Shown piece after piece: positions 1 to 10,558 of a DNA stretch of 64,000 bases. The position numbers and the translations under genes are program-made. The notes under the pieces were generated by a model. The model searched no databases and was not told the origin of the DNA. It saw only the letters and a program-made list of their open reading frames with translations. Where the stretch lies: NCBI GenBank assembly GCA_046538755.1, contig JBKHIH010000008.1, forward strand, positions 15,115 through 79,114. Direction: 5' to 3'. This stretch comes from Thiohalospira sp. (GTDB lineage: Bacteria > Bacteroidota > Bacteroidia > Bacteroidales > UBA12077). How positions within the stretch are numbered: position 1 is the first letter of the stretch; each line of letters opens with the position of its first letter.

Positions 1-614
1 TTACAACCGTATCGAATAAAATGTCGGTGATTATTCCCATAACTTTCTCTATTATAATCGACCCAAATGATGTTTTAACCAATTTAAAAACTGCTGGCAT
101 AATTTTAGCCATTTTAGCAGTTTTTTTATCGGTATATCGCAAAAGAAAAATCGAATTCGACCCACGGAATATTTATTTACCCATAATTTTATTTCTTGGT
201 ATGGGTATTGTTGATTCAATTATAAAATATGCTCAGCAATATTACGTAAACGATCAACTGCTTCCGGTATTTACTGTAATTCTTTTTGTTATGGCAGCTA
301 TTGCAGGCCTGTTTACTAAATTATTACGCAAAACACCATTCAAAGCATTATTAAATCCGAAGGTAATGATTTGGGGGTTCCTATTAGGAATATGTAATTA
401 TGGATCAATATATTTTGTAATGAAGGCGCTGAATTATAAAGATGTAATTGGCAATAATATTGGCGGCTCGGTTGTATTTGGGATTAACAACCTGGGAGTT
501 ATTGCAGTTTCAGTAATAATTGGATTAATTGTTTTTAAAGAAAAAATACTCATAATTAACTGGATAGGAATTATTATATCATTTATAGCAATCTATATAT
601 TATCAATTACATAA
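1..614 (+). CDS. EamA/DMT-family inner-membrane transporter (5'-truncated by the window)
   Basis: Multiple hydrophobic helices and a C-terminal 'GLIVFKEK...NWIGIIIS' typical of EamA. The frame is open upstream of ATG 21 to the window edge (..TTVSNKM). Confidence 0.75.
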   Translation, partial: TTVSNKMSVIIPITFSIIIDPNDVLTNLKTAGIILAILAVFLSVYRKRKIEFDPRNIYLPIILFLGMGIVDSIIKYAQQYYVNDQLLPVFTVILFVMAAIAGLFTKLLRKTPFKALLNPKVMIWGFLLGICNYGSIYFVMKALNYKDVIGNNIGGSVVFGINNLGVIAVSVIIGLIVFKEKILIINWIGIIISFIAIYILSIT

Positions 615-615
615 G

Positions 616-1233
616 ATGGCTAATTTTAACGATGAATATTTAACCATAAACAAACCCTCCGAAGGATTATTTAAAGACCGCGGAAGCAAATTCCTGGCTT
701 TTGCATTTCCTGTATCTTCGGAAGAGGAAATAAAAGCCATACAGGAACAACTCCGAAATAAATACCATGATGCGCGGCATCATTGTTATGCTTATATGCT
801 TGGGCCTGAAAAAAAGAACTTTCGCGCCAACGACGACGGAGAGCCTTCGAGTACTGCCGGAAAACCAATTTTAGGACAAATCCGGTCGTTTAACTTAACC
901 AATATACTGATTGTGGTAATCCGCTATTTTGGTGGAACAAAGTTGGGTGTTGGAGGACTCATCAATGCATACAAAACAGCAGCAGAAGAAGCACTTAAAA
1001 ATGCTAAAATCGTAAAAAAAATATTACATGATATTTACGAATTAAGGTTTGATTACCCGCAAATGAATGAAATTATGCGAATTATGAAAGAAGAAAATAT
1101 TGAACAAATTGACCAGCATTTTGAATTATCATGCTCAATCACACTCGCTTTAAGAAAAGAGGAAGCAGATAAAGTATTAAGTAAGTTTGACAGGGTAGAA
1201 AATTTAAAAATAGAGTTTATTGAAACAAGATAA
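616..1233 (+). CDS. yigZ: YigZ/IMPACT family protein
   Basis: Motifs SKFLAFAFP, ARHHCYAY, NDDGEPSSTAGKPIL and RYFGGTKLGVGGLI. Confidence 0.93.
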   Translation: MANFNDEYLTINKPSEGLFKDRGSKFLAFAFPVSSEEEIKAIQEQLRNKYHDARHHCYAYMLGPEKKNFRANDDGEPSSTAGKPILGQIRSFNLTNILIVVIRYFGGTKLGVGGLINAYKTAAEEALKNAKIVKKILHDIYELRFDYPQMNEIMRIMKEENIEQIDQHFELSCSITLALRKEEADKVLSKFDRVENLKIEFIETR

Positions 1234-1292
1234 TTTTAACCATAACAATAAAACAAAAATAAATTATAAGTATCACTAAATAACAAGGATTA

Positions 1293-2201
1293 ATGAAAAA
1301 CAAAAACTTAGTTTCAATCACTGATTTTTCAAAAGATGAAATCTTTAAAATTCTTGATCTTGCAGAAGAATTTGAGAAAAATCCGAATCAGAACCTATTG
1401 GGAGACAAGGTTATTGCAACCCTGTTTTTTGAACCTTCTACCCGCACCCGTTTAAGTTTCGAAAGCGCCATAAGCCGCTTGGGTGGAAAATATATTGGTT
1501 TTACCGATGCAGCATCATCCAGTGTTAAAAAGGGAGAATCATTAAAGGATACCATTATGACAGTTGCCAACTACAGTGATATGATTATTATGCGCCACCC
1601 GATTGAGGGAAGCGCCCGGTGGGCAAGCGAAGTTTCTAAAGTTCCTGTTGTTAATGCTGGCGATGGAGCAAACCAGCATCCTACACAAACCTTGCTTGAT
1701 TTGTACTCTATTCGTAAAACACAGGGTACGCTCGATAACCTGAATGTTTTTTTTGTAGGTGATTTAAAATACGGACGCACGGTTCATTCTCTTCTTCAAG
1801 CCATGTCGATGTTTAATACCACTTATAATTTTATTTCGCCCGAAGAATTAAAAATTCCGGATGAATATAAAATGTTTCTGGACAAAAAAGGATTGAAATA
1901 TTACGAACACCGAGATTTTTCGGATATCATTTCACACGCGGATGTTATTTATATGACCAGGATTCAGCGAGAACGTTTCTCAGACCCAATGGAATATGAA
2001 AAAACAAAAAACTCGTATGTTTTAAAGAAAAGTATGCTCGAAAATACCAAATCTAACATGAAGGTTTTACACCCTTTGCCAAGAGTAAACGAAATAAGTA
2101 CTGATGTTGACTGTGACGATAAAGCATATTATTTCACTCAGGCACTAAACGGCGTTTATACACGCCAAGCGATTATATCTTTAATTCTTGGGTTAAAATA
2201 A
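1293..2201 (+). CDS. pyrB: Aspartate carbamoyltransferase catalytic subunit
   Basis: Motifs [36 protein letters not shown] and HPLPR. Confidence 0.98.
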   Translation: MKNKNLVSITDFSKDEIFKILDLAEEFEKNPNQNLLGDKVIATLFFEPSTRTRLSFESAISRLGGKYIGFTDAASSSVKKGESLKDTIMTVANYSDMIIMRHPIEGSARWASEVSKVPVVNAGDGANQHPTQTLLDLYSIRKTQGTLDNLNVFFVGDLKYGRTVHSLLQAMSMFNTTYNFISPEELKIPDEYKMFLDKKGLKYYEHRDFSDIISHADVIYMTRIQRERFSDPMEYEKTKNSYVLKKSMLENTKSNMKVLHPLPRVNEISTDVDCDDKAYYFTQALNGVYTRQAIISLILGLK

Positions 2202-2217
2202 TTTAAATCAACGTATT

Positions 2218-2673
2218 ATGACAGAAAAAAAATTACAGGTTAGCGCCATTCAAAATGGTACAGTTATCGATCATATCCCTGCCAATAAACTATTCGATGT
2301 AATTGATATTTTAGGGCTGAATAAAATAAAAAACCAAATTACTTTTGGTACAAATCTCGAAAGTAAAAAAATGGGATTAAAAGCTATTATCAAATTATCG
2401 GATGTTTTCTTTGCCAATGATGAAATTAACAAAATTGCACTCGCTGCTCCCGAAGCGAAATTAAATATTGTAAAAGACTACCAGGTGGTAGAAAAGAAAA
2501 TTGTTGAAGTTCCTGATAGCATTAAAGGAATAGCTAAATGTGGAAATCCAAAATGCATTACAAATCACGAAGGAATTAAAACCAAATTTATGGTGGTAAA
2601 TAAGAAAAAAGTGGCTATAAAATGTCACTACTGCGAAAAAATTACCGATTCGGAACACATGGAAATTTTCTAA
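2218..2673 (+). CDS. pyrI: Aspartate carbamoyltransferase regulatory subunit
   Basis: Motif VSAIQNGTVIDHI and Zn site CGNPKC...CHYC; directly follows pyrB. Confidence 0.97.
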   Translation: MTEKKLQVSAIQNGTVIDHIPANKLFDVIDILGLNKIKNQITFGTNLESKKMGLKAIIKLSDVFFANDEINKIALAAPEAKLNIVKDYQVVEKKIVEVPDSIKGIAKCGNPKCITNHEGIKTKFMVVNKKKVAIKCHYCEKITDSEHMEIF

Positions 2674-2677
2674 ATAA

Positions 2678-2713
2678 AAAACCTGACAAAGTTTAACAGC
2701 TTTGTCAGGTTTT
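2678..2713. terminator. Bidirectional intrinsic terminator between convergent pyrI and the DUF4293-like gene
   Basis: AAAACCTGACAAAG...CTTTGTCAGGTTTT is a perfect 14-bp inverted repeat with A/T tails. Confidence 0.85.
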
Positions 2714-2718
2714 AATCT

Positions 2719-3177
2719 CTATCGTATCCTGTCCATGCTCCTTATCAATGCTTCATCCTTACCAATTGCCCGTATGGCAAGATAAGTTATAATCGCTGAA
2801 ACAAAAGGAAAAACTACTGTAATTTTATAACTAACAACTCCATTCAGCTGACTCGAAAAACTTTGAATATAGTAGTAATTCAATCCAAGATAACCTATCA
2901 TTAAAAAAATATTAATCAGGTTAATTCGCATTTGGAAAATGCGTTTTTTATAAAAAAAGATGCTTGTAAATGAAATCAACACTATAATAGAAAGCAATAT
3001 TATCGGGGGAATAGTTAACGAATATATGCTATCTTCTTCAAAAAAAGCCAATCCGTTAAATTGAAAAACAAAGACTTCCCCATTCTCAGCAAGTAACTCT
3101 GCATAAGGATAGAAAAAAATAGATGCCATTAATAATGTAACAACAAACAAATAAACCGACTGAACTCTCTGAACCAT
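2719..3177 (-). CDS. DUF4293-like membrane protein
   Basis: N-terminal MVQRVQSVYL and C-terminal LAIRAIGKDEALIRSMDRIR match this Bacteroidota family as recalled; four hydrophobic segments. Confidence 0.8.
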   Translation of the reverse strand: MVQRVQSVYLFVVTLLMASIFFYPYAELLAENGEVFVFQFNGLAFFEEDSIYSLTIPPIILLSIIVLISFTSIFFYKKRIFQMRINLINIFLMIGYLGLNYYYIQSFSSQLNGVVSYKITVVFPFVSAIITYLAIRAIGKDEALIRSMDRIR

Positions 3178-3289
3178 AACTTATAATATAATAATAATTA
3201 ATAATTGCCATTTAACTAATGCAAAAATAGCTGTTTTTATTAATTTATACATTAAAATCGTTGAATTCTACTATTTTTTTAAACTCAAA

Positions 3290-3835
3290 TCACAATATTA
3301 TTTCATCAATATTTTTTCTATATCTTTCTTTTTTTTCTCGTTCTTGTAAATCTTCTGGAAACAATTCTATTTCACCTTTATAACCAATTGCCATTATAGC
3401 CATGGGTTCAAAATCATCATCTAACAAAAAATGTTTTTTTGCTTTTGTTACACTATAACCACCCATTTGATGCACATATAATCCTAACGAAGTAGCCTGT
3501 GCAAGTAAATTACCAACAGCCATACCTGTATCATGTTGTGCAAAACGATTTGTTTTTCCTGTTACCGTTGATGTTTTTTTTGCAAGGCTCATAACCAAAA
3601 CCGGTGCATATTTTGCCCAATATTGGTTTGCTTCTACCAAACAATCGAATAGTTTAGTATAATTACCACCCTCGTTTTTTATACCCACAATAAACCGCCA
3701 GGGTTGCTCATTATAGCTCGATGGTGCCCAACGAGCTGCCTCGAAAAGAGATTCAAGTTTTTCTTTTTCGATCTTTTGTGACGAAAAAATAACAGGGCTG
3801 TACCTGGATTTTATAATATCATGAATTGTGTTCAT
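3290..3835 (-). CDS. Nitroreductase family protein
   Basis: Motifs RYSP, EAARWAPSSYNEQPWRF and QATSLGLYVHQMGG. Confidence 0.92.
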   Translation of the reverse strand: MNTIHDIIKSRYSPVIFSSQKIEKEKLESLFEAARWAPSSYNEQPWRFIVGIKNEGGNYTKLFDCLVEANQYWAKYAPVLVMSLAKKTSTVTGKTNRFAQHDTGMAVGNLLAQATSLGLYVHQMGGYSVTKAKKHFLLDDDFEPMAIMAIGYKGEIELFPEDLQEREKKERYRKNIDEIIL

Positions 3836-4054
3836 AGCAGAAAAATATTTAGTTAAAATACAAACAACAATATAATAAATCTGTTTAACACAAAAAAAAA
3901 TAACTACCCTTAATAAAAAAAATATGTTTAATAATATCTTACAAAAAGCATAAAATGTTTTATCATAGCTTGAAAATCAAAAAACTAATTCGTAGAATTG
4001 TAACCTAAAATTGAAAGATTATAATTAGTATATAACCAGTTAAATAAGAAGACT

Positions 4055-5275
4055 ATGACAAAAATGACAAGTCAAGATTACATCAAAAGAGAAGATAAAT
4101 ACGGAGCGCATAACTATCATCCGCTACCAGTAGTATTAGAAAAAGGCGAAGGTGTTTTTGTATGGGATGTTGAAGGAAAAAAATATTACGATTTCCTTTC
4201 TGCATACTCTGCAGTAAACCAGGGACATTGCCATCCAAAAATCGTTAATGCATTAATCGATCAGGCTAAAAAACTTACACTAACTTCCAGAGCTTTTCAT
4301 AATGATGTTTTAGGCGAGTACGAAGAATATGTAACCAAATATTTTGGTTATGATAAGGTGTTACCCATGAATACCGGAGCCGAAGCCGACGAAACAGCGA
4401 TTAAACTTGCTCGTAAGTGGGGATATCAGAAAAAAGGAATTCCTGAAAATGAAGCAAAAATTATTTGTTGTAATGATAATTTCCATGGAAGAACCATTAC
4501 AATAATATCAATGTCAAACGACCCGGTTGCATATAATGATTATGGCCCATACACTCCTGGATTTGTAAGAATTCCTTACAACGATACTGAAGCATTAGAA
4601 AATGAATTAAAAGACCCGAATGTAGCTGCATTTCTTGTTGAGCCAATTCAGGGTGAAGCAGGAGTTTTTGTACCAGACGATGGCTATTTAAAGAAAGTAT
4701 CTGAATTATGTAAAAAATATAATGTCCTTTTTATTGCCGATGAAGTACAAACTGGTATTGCACGTACCGGTAAATTATTGGCATGCGACCACGAAGATAT
4801 TAAACCAGATATTTTGATCCTTGGAAAAGCCATTTCAGGTGGTGTTTTCCCGGTATCTGCAGTTTTAGCTGATGATGATATTATGCTAACAATTAAACCG
4901 GGTGAGCATGGTTCTACATTTGGTGGTAACCCAATTGCCGGTAAAGTTGCTATGGCTGCTTTAGATGTTATTAAAGAAGAAAATCTTGCAGAAAATGCAG
5001 AACGATTAGGTAAAATTTTCCGTGATGAATTCAAAAGTATTAAATCTGATATGATTGAGCTTGTTCGTGGTAAAGGATTACTTAACGCAGTTGTAATAAA
5101 AAATAAAGAAGGTAAAACTGCATGGGATGTTTGTGTGGCAATGGCAGAAGCTGGTGTTTTAGCAAAACCAACACACGGAAATATCATCCGTTTTGCTCCT
5201 CCTCTTGTAATTACAGAAGAGCAATTACGCGATGCCATGAATAAAATAAAGGAAGTATTCAAAAAATTCGAATAG
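4055..5275 (+). CDS. rocD: Ornithine--oxo-acid aminotransferase
   Basis: Motifs [36 protein letters not shown] and the PLP lysine in LGKAISGG. Confidence 0.96.
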   Translation: MTKMTSQDYIKREDKYGAHNYHPLPVVLEKGEGVFVWDVEGKKYYDFLSAYSAVNQGHCHPKIVNALIDQAKKLTLTSRAFHNDVLGEYEEYVTKYFGYDKVLPMNTGAEADETAIKLARKWGYQKKGIPENEAKIICCNDNFHGRTITIISMSNDPVAYNDYGPYTPGFVRIPYNDTEALENELKDPNVAAFLVEPIQGEAGVFVPDDGYLKKVSELCKKYNVLFIADEVQTGIARTGKLLACDHEDIKPDILILGKAISGGVFPVSAVLADDDIMLTIKPGEHGSTFGGNPIAGKVAMAALDVIKEENLAENAERLGKIFRDEFKSIKSDMIELVRGKGLLNAVVIKNKEGKTAWDVCVAMAEAGVLAKPTHGNIIRFAPPLVITEEQLRDAMNKIKEVFKKFE

Positions 5276-5324
5276 TTTTATCCATTATCCTGCCTGTTTT
5301 AAAGGCGGGCTTTAAACCTTTAAT

Positions 5325-5361
5325 AAAAAAAGCTGACTCAAAATATTGAGCAGCTTTTTTT
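5325..5361 (+). terminator. Intrinsic terminator after rocD
   Basis: AAAAAAAGCTG(A)CTCAA...TTGAGCAGCTTTTTTT. Confidence 0.8.
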
Positions 5362-5400
5362 ATATAGAAATAATAAATTAATCATCAAATCATTACAAAA

Positions 5401-7443
5401 ATGAAATCAAAAATTATTTTAAAATTCGCTGTAATAGCATTCATAATTATGGGAATAACAACTGCATGTCAGCAAAAAGTTGACGAAAAAACTACACTCG
5501 ATGTAAGCCTTATCGATAAAAGTTACGATCCGGCTGAAGATTTTTATCATTATGCCAATAACGGATGGATGGAAAAATATCCACTTCCGGATGACGAAAG
5601 CCGCTACGGTTCTTTTGATCAACTGGCTAAGGAAACCAGTAAAAAAGTAAAAACCGTTGTTGAAGAATTGGCTTTAAAAAAGCAAGAACAAGGTACAATT
5701 GAACAGAAAATCGGAGATTTCTATGCATTAGGTATGGATACAGATAAAATTAACGAACAAGGGTTAACACCTTTACAATCAGAATTTGAGCGCATAGCAG
5801 CTATAAAGAAAATTGATGATGTTCAAAACCAGATTGCCCATTTTCATATGCATGGAATTGGTTCATTATTTGGATTTTTTGGATCTCCCGATCCCAAAAA
5901 TAGTGATATGAACATCGCCCATATTAGCCAGGGTGGCCTGGGGATGTCTGACAGAGACTACTACACTAGCGATGATGCCCGCTCAAAAGAAATTCGGGAA
6001 GCTTATGTAAAGCATGTTGAAAAAATGCTAATCCTTAGTGGAATTTCTGAAAAAGATGCCAAAAAGAAAGCTTCAACCATTTTGGATTTGGAAACCCGAT
6101 TGGCAGAAGCATCCTTTACCCGATTGGAAAACAGAGATCCTAATGCAACATATAACAAAAAATCTCAAAAAGAGATTAAAAATCTTTACCCAAACTTCGA
6201 TTGGGATAACTACATGGCAAATATGGGTTTAGCATATGATGGCGATTTTAACATTCGTCAGCCTAAGTTTTATGAAGAAATGAATGAAATGCTTACAGAT
6301 GTTAGCATTGAGGATTGGAAAACATATTTCTATTGGAACCTTTTAAACTCCACAGCTAATTATATTGGTGATAAATTTGAAGAACAAAATTTTGATTTTT
6401 TTGGTAAAACCATGCAGGGAAGTGAACAAATGCGCGAACGCTGGAGAAGAGTATTAGCTGTTACAAACAGAGCCTTAGGAGATGCCATTGGTCAAAAATT
6501 TACCGAAAAATACTTTCCTCCAGAAGCAAAGGAACGAATGGTAAATCTTGTTGAAAATTTACGCACTGCCCTCGGCCAACGCATCGATAATTTGGAATGG
6601 ATGAGCGAAGAAACCAAAGAAAAAGCACATGAAAAATTAGCAACCATGCGGGTTAAAATAGGCTATCCAGACAAATGGGAAGATTATTCTGATTTACAAA
6701 TCAATGACAAATCATATGTTCTAAATATCTTAGAAGCCAATAAATTCAGAAGAAAAGATAATCTTAAAGATATCGGCAAACCGGTTGATAAAGACGAGTG
6801 GTTTATGACTCCACAAACCGTAAATGCATATTATGCACCATCTATGAATGAAATCTGTTTCCCGGCAGGGATTTTACAACCTCCATTTTTCTATTTGGAA
6901 GGTGATGATGCCATTAACTACGGTGCTATTGGCGCGGTTATTGGCCATGAAATGACGCATGGTTTCGACGACCAGGGAAGGCTTTACGATAAAGAAGGGA
7001 ACCTTACCAACTGGTGGACTGAAGATGACTCCAAACGTTTTGACGAACGCTCACAAGTATTGGTTGACCAGTTTAATAACATCTTTGTTCTTGATACTTT
7101 ACGTGCCGATGGCAAATTATCGCTGGGCGAGAATATTGCTGACTTAGGTGGTTTAAATATTGCTTATACCGCTTTTCAGAATGCACAAAAAGAAAACCCA
7201 CAGGAAGAATTAATTGACGGATATACTCCCGATCAACGGTTTTTCTTAAGCTGGGCAAAAGTTTGGGCTCAAAATATCCGCGATAAAGAAATTGTCCGCA
7301 GAACAAAAGAAGATGTTCATTCGTTGGGAATTAACCGTGTTCACGGGCCAATTGCCAATATGCCGGAATTTCACAAAGCATTTAATGTAGAACCAGGAGA
7401 TGCTCTTTATATCCCCGAAGAAGAGAGAGCCTCGATATGGTAA
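5401..7443 (+). CDS. M13 family (PepO/neprilysin-like) metallopeptidase, lipoprotein
   Basis: Lipobox ITTAC; motifs VNAYY, HEMTHGFDDQG and GENIADLGG. Confidence 0.94.
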   Translation: MKSKIILKFAVIAFIIMGITTACQQKVDEKTTLDVSLIDKSYDPAEDFYHYANNGWMEKYPLPDDESRYGSFDQLAKETSKKVKTVVEELALKKQEQGTIEQKIGDFYALGMDTDKINEQGLTPLQSEFERIAAIKKIDDVQNQIAHFHMHGIGSLFGFFGSPDPKNSDMNIAHISQGGLGMSDRDYYTSDDARSKEIREAYVKHVEKMLILSGISEKDAKKKASTILDLETRLAEASFTRLENRDPNATYNKKSQKEIKNLYPNFDWDNYMANMGLAYDGDFNIRQPKFYEEMNEMLTDVSIEDWKTYFYWNLLNSTANYIGDKFEEQNFDFFGKTMQGSEQMRERWRRVLAVTNRALGDAIGQKFTEKYFPPEAKERMVNLVENLRTALGQRIDNLEWMSEETKEKAHEKLATMRVKIGYPDKWEDYSDLQINDKSYVLNILEANKFRRKDNLKDIGKPVDKDEWFMTPQTVNAYYAPSMNEICFPAGILQPPFFYLEGDDAINYGAIGAVIGHEMTHGFDDQGRLYDKEGNLTNWWTEDDSKRFDERSQVLVDQFNNIFVLDTLRADGKLSLGENIADLGGLNIAYTAFQNAQKENPQEELIDGYTPDQRFFLSWAKVWAQNIRDKEIVRRTKEDVHSLGINRVHGPIANMPEFHKAFNVEPGDALYIPEEERASIW

Positions 7444-7462
7444 AAAAGTTAGATTTTTAACG

Positions 7463-7500
7463 ATAAAAAAACCGTGCTTTTTAAAGTACGGTTTTTTTAT
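7463..7500 (+). terminator. Intrinsic terminator after the M13 peptidase
   Basis: ATAAAAAAACCGTGCTTT TT AAAGTACGGTTTTTTTAT. Confidence 0.85.
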
Positions 7501-7601
7501 GATTTGTGGTTATAATAAAATATCTTATTTTTATTTTATAAACAACTCATTTTAAAGATAGTTTTTAAATAAATGTACTCGAAATCAATAAATTAAAAAA
7601 A

Positions 7602-8387
7602 ATGAAAAATTTCTTTTTGTTTATTATTTTTTTGCTTAATTTTTTAATTGTTATGTCCCAGAATGATAAAAGTGTGTTGTTTGGTAAATGGGTTAATTAT
7701 TACGATACGAATAATTATTTAATATTTGATTCTGACAGTTTTAAAATTGTGAATAATAATTTTGAATATAGTCAAACATGGACTATTAAAAAGTCTGGTA
7801 CCTTTTTAACACAAACAGAATTTGATAAAACACCATCTTCATATAACTATTCTTTTTTAGATAATTTTATGGTATTACTAACAATGAAACCCAATTTAAA
7901 CCAAGTTGATGAAGTAAGTCTTTTTGTTAAAAATTATATAAGTGAACAAATCCCTACAATAAATTCAAAAATAAGAGTATTTATTAAGGATTATAGCCCT
8001 GGATTATATATGATACGTTTACCAAACTTTCAAAGATATAAATCAAACACTGATATAAAGGAATTAAGGGATATTACATTAAACAATAAGTTTATTGAAT
8101 CTTCATCATTAATTACACCCTTTGATTTTGCATTTAAAAATTTTGAATTTTATTTAAAAGATAAAAAAATACCACTTTTTTTTAGAGAAGAATTACTAAA
8201 GGCTAAAAAAATTAACACCATTCAACAAGATGAAGATATTATAGTTTGTATTTACGGTTTTAATCAGATAGGAAGAGAGACTATAAATAATGCAATGGAT
8301 AAGAATATTGTTGGAGACATCTTAATGTTTTATATTGGACCGAGTAAAAATTATGAGATTTTTCCTACTGCACTAGACTTAGAATAA
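7602..8387 (+). CDS. Hypothetical exported protein
   Basis: 261-aa ORF with a signal-peptide-like N-terminus; very AT-rich; no recognised motif. Confidence 0.6.
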   Translation: MKNFFLFIIFLLNFLIVMSQNDKSVLFGKWVNYYDTNNYLIFDSDSFKIVNNNFEYSQTWTIKKSGTFLTQTEFDKTPSSYNYSFLDNFMVLLTMKPNLNQVDEVSLFVKNYISEQIPTINSKIRVFIKDYSPGLYMIRLPNFQRYKSNTDIKELRDITLNNKFIESSSLITPFDFAFKNFEFYLKDKKIPLFFREELLKAKKINTIQQDEDIIVCIYGFNQIGRETINNAMDKNIVGDILMFYIGPSKNYEIFPTALDLE

Positions 8388-8424
8388 TCTTTATTTTTTA
8401 TTATAAAAATTATTCAATAAAATC

Positions 8425-8790
8425 TTACAAAGTTTTATTTCTTGTATAAAACCGCTCTTCGATAATTTTATCGTCTTCCCATTGCTGAATGGCTACTTCT
8501 GCTATCATGCGTTTTGTACCATCTTTTTGTTTAAGGTTAATCCAAAACTCAACCATCGAAATTTGCCGGTTTTCATCCGAAGTGATGGCGATAATTTTAC
8601 CACCATAGATTTCTTGTATGTTTTTGATAAAATCCTTATCATAAGACAAATTTTCTTCTTTCCCCTTACGGATTTTACCGTCTGCCTGTATCACAATAAC
8701 ATCATCGTGATAATATTTTTCTTTAGCTTCGGGAAGTTTTCCTTCCTCCAGCATAGTGTATAGTTCCTTGGCTTTTTCGAAACATGTCAT
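8425..8790 (-). CDS. SnoaL-like/NTF2-fold protein
   Basis: Size and the pattern KYYHDDVI...GKEEN...EVAIQQWEDDKIIEERFY. Confidence 0.8.
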   Translation of the reverse strand: MTCFEKAKELYTMLEEGKLPEAKEKYYHDDVIVIQADGKIRKGKEENLSYDKDFIKNIQEIYGGKIIAITSDENRQISMVEFWINLKQKDGTKRMIAEVAIQQWEDDKIIEERFYTRNKTL

Positions 8791-8991
8791 CTTAAAGTTG
8801 TTAATATTAGACTTTTAAATATACAAAAAAACCAGAAAAAAACATCTGTTTTTAGGATAATATTTTATTGCATCAATAAAAGAAAAATCCGGCTAAAATC
8901 ATATCATTTTTTTTGACCGTTTTAGATTGTTTTGTATGTTTACATCTTTAATATTAAAAACAAATAATAATAACATAGAATAGATTACATA

Positions 8992-10452
8992 ATGAAAACA
9001 TTAGAAAAATTAAACCCCAGGGTAGTATGGAGCTATTTCGAAGATATTTGTCAGGTTCCGCGCCCATCGAAAAAAGAAGAAAAAATAATTAAATTTCTGT
9101 TAGATTTTGCTAAAGAACATCAGCTTGAAGCAAAACGCGATGATATAGGAAATATTTTAATCAAAAAACCAGCAACGCCTGGTAAAGAAAAGGTAAAAAC
9201 AGTAGTATTACAAAGCCACATCGATATGGTATGTGAAGCCAACGAGGGCACTGATCACGATTTCGATAAAGACCCCATACAACCGGTAATTGATGGCAAC
9301 TGGGTAAAAGCCAAAGGAACTACGCTTGGAGCAGATGACGGAATTGGCATTGCTGCACAAATGGCTATATTAACCGCTAACGATATTGAACACGGCCCTA
9401 TCGAGTGTTTATTTACCGTTGATGAAGAAACCGGATTAACCGGCGCGTTTGCTTTAAAGCCGGGATTTTTTGATGGAAAAATATTAATTAACCTCGACTC
9501 CGAAGATGAAGGTGAACTATTCATTGGCTGTGCAGGCGGTATCGATACATTAGCAACATTTGAATACGACACCGAAAATGTTCCTGAAAAACATGTTGGC
9601 TTGAAAATAAGTGTTACCGGACTGAATGGCGGACATTCCGGCGACGAAATTGACAAAGGGCTTGGTAATTCAGTAAAAATCATGAACCGGTTTTTATGGA
9701 ATGCTTACAATAAATTTGATGTAAAAATAGGCACTTTCGAAGGAGGAAAAGCCAGAAATGCAATTCCTCGCGAGGCTTTTGCACACATCACCGTACACCA
9801 GGATGAAAAAGAAGAATTGCTAAACTATTTTAACGAATATGCTCCGGCGATAAAGAGTGAGCTTTCGATTACCGAACCAAAACTGGAACTTTCTATCGAA
9901 GAGGCTGACTTACCAGAACTTGTTATCGATGAAGATACTCAATTTGCTTTACTAAATGGGCTGTATGCATGCCCACATGGTGTTTATGCCATGAGCCAGG
10001 AGATTAAAGGTTTAGTAGAAACTTCAACCAACCTGGCTTCCATCAAATTTATTGAAGATAACCAGATATTTATTACAACCAGCCAGCGAAGCTCGGTTGA
10101 TACTGCCAAATCTGATATCGCAAGTAAAGTAGAGAGTGTATTCCGGTTAGCCGGAGCAAAAGTTAAACATAGCGATGGATATCCCGGCTGGAGGCCTAAT
10201 ACCAATTCCAAAATCATGAAAATAACTGAACAATCGTATGAAAAATTGTTTAAAACAAAACCTATTGTAAGAGCAATTCATGCAGGTTTGGAATGCGGCT
10301 TATTTTTAGAAAAATATCCCTATTTAGATATGATTTCCTTTGGGCCAACGATTAAAGGAGCACATACACCAGAAGAGAGAATTGATATTGAAACCACAGA
10401 AAAATTCTGGGATTTGTTATTAGATGTATTAAAAAATATCCCAACCGAATAA
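8992..10452 (+). CDS. pepD: Aminoacyl-histidine dipeptidase (M20C)
   Basis: Motifs LQSHIDMVC, GTTLGADDGIG, TVDEETG, NLDSED and HAGLECG. Confidence 0.96.
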   Translation: MKTLEKLNPRVVWSYFEDICQVPRPSKKEEKIIKFLLDFAKEHQLEAKRDDIGNILIKKPATPGKEKVKTVVLQSHIDMVCEANEGTDHDFDKDPIQPVIDGNWVKAKGTTLGADDGIGIAAQMAILTANDIEHGPIECLFTVDEETGLTGAFALKPGFFDGKILINLDSEDEGELFIGCAGGIDTLATFEYDTENVPEKHVGLKISVTGLNGGHSGDEIDKGLGNSVKIMNRFLWNAYNKFDVKIGTFEGGKARNAIPREAFAHITVHQDEKEELLNYFNEYAPAIKSELSITEPKLELSIEEADLPELVIDEDTQFALLNGLYACPHGVYAMSQEIKGLVETSTNLASIKFIEDNQIFITTSQRSSVDTAKSDIASKVESVFRLAGAKVKHSDGYPGWRPNTNSKIMKITEQSYEKLFKTKPIVRAIHAGLECGLFLEKYPYLDMISFGPTIKGAHTPEERIDIETTEKFWDLLLDVLKNIPTE

Positions 10453-10479
10453 AAAGTTTGTTATTTTCATTAATATTGT

Positions 10480-10511
10480 AATCCTGTCTGTTTAATCAGG
10501 CAGGATTTTTT
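10480..10511 (+). terminator. Intrinsic terminator after pepD
   Basis: AATCCTGTCTG...CAGGCAGGATTTTTT. Confidence 0.8.
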
Positions 10512-10513
10512 AA

Positions 10514-10544
10514 TTGTCATCCTTCGTCAAGCTCAGGATGACAA
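10514..10544. repeat. REP-like GTCATCC...GGATGAC palindromic element
   Basis: TTGTCATCCT-TCGTCAAGCTC-AGGATGACAA. Its reverse complement resembles the element at 59259-59289. Confidence 0.65.
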
Positions 10545-10558
10545 AAACATAAAAGCAA

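Noticed and set aside
1234-1292. pyrL-type attenuator before pyrB
   Set aside because: The 59-nt spacer has no hairpin, U-tract or leader ORF.
4684-5262. 192-aa antisense ORF, and similar ones at 9255, 23162, 37183, 43883 and 47550
   Set aside because: These are shadow ORFs on the opposite strand of well-conserved genes and have no motifs of their own.
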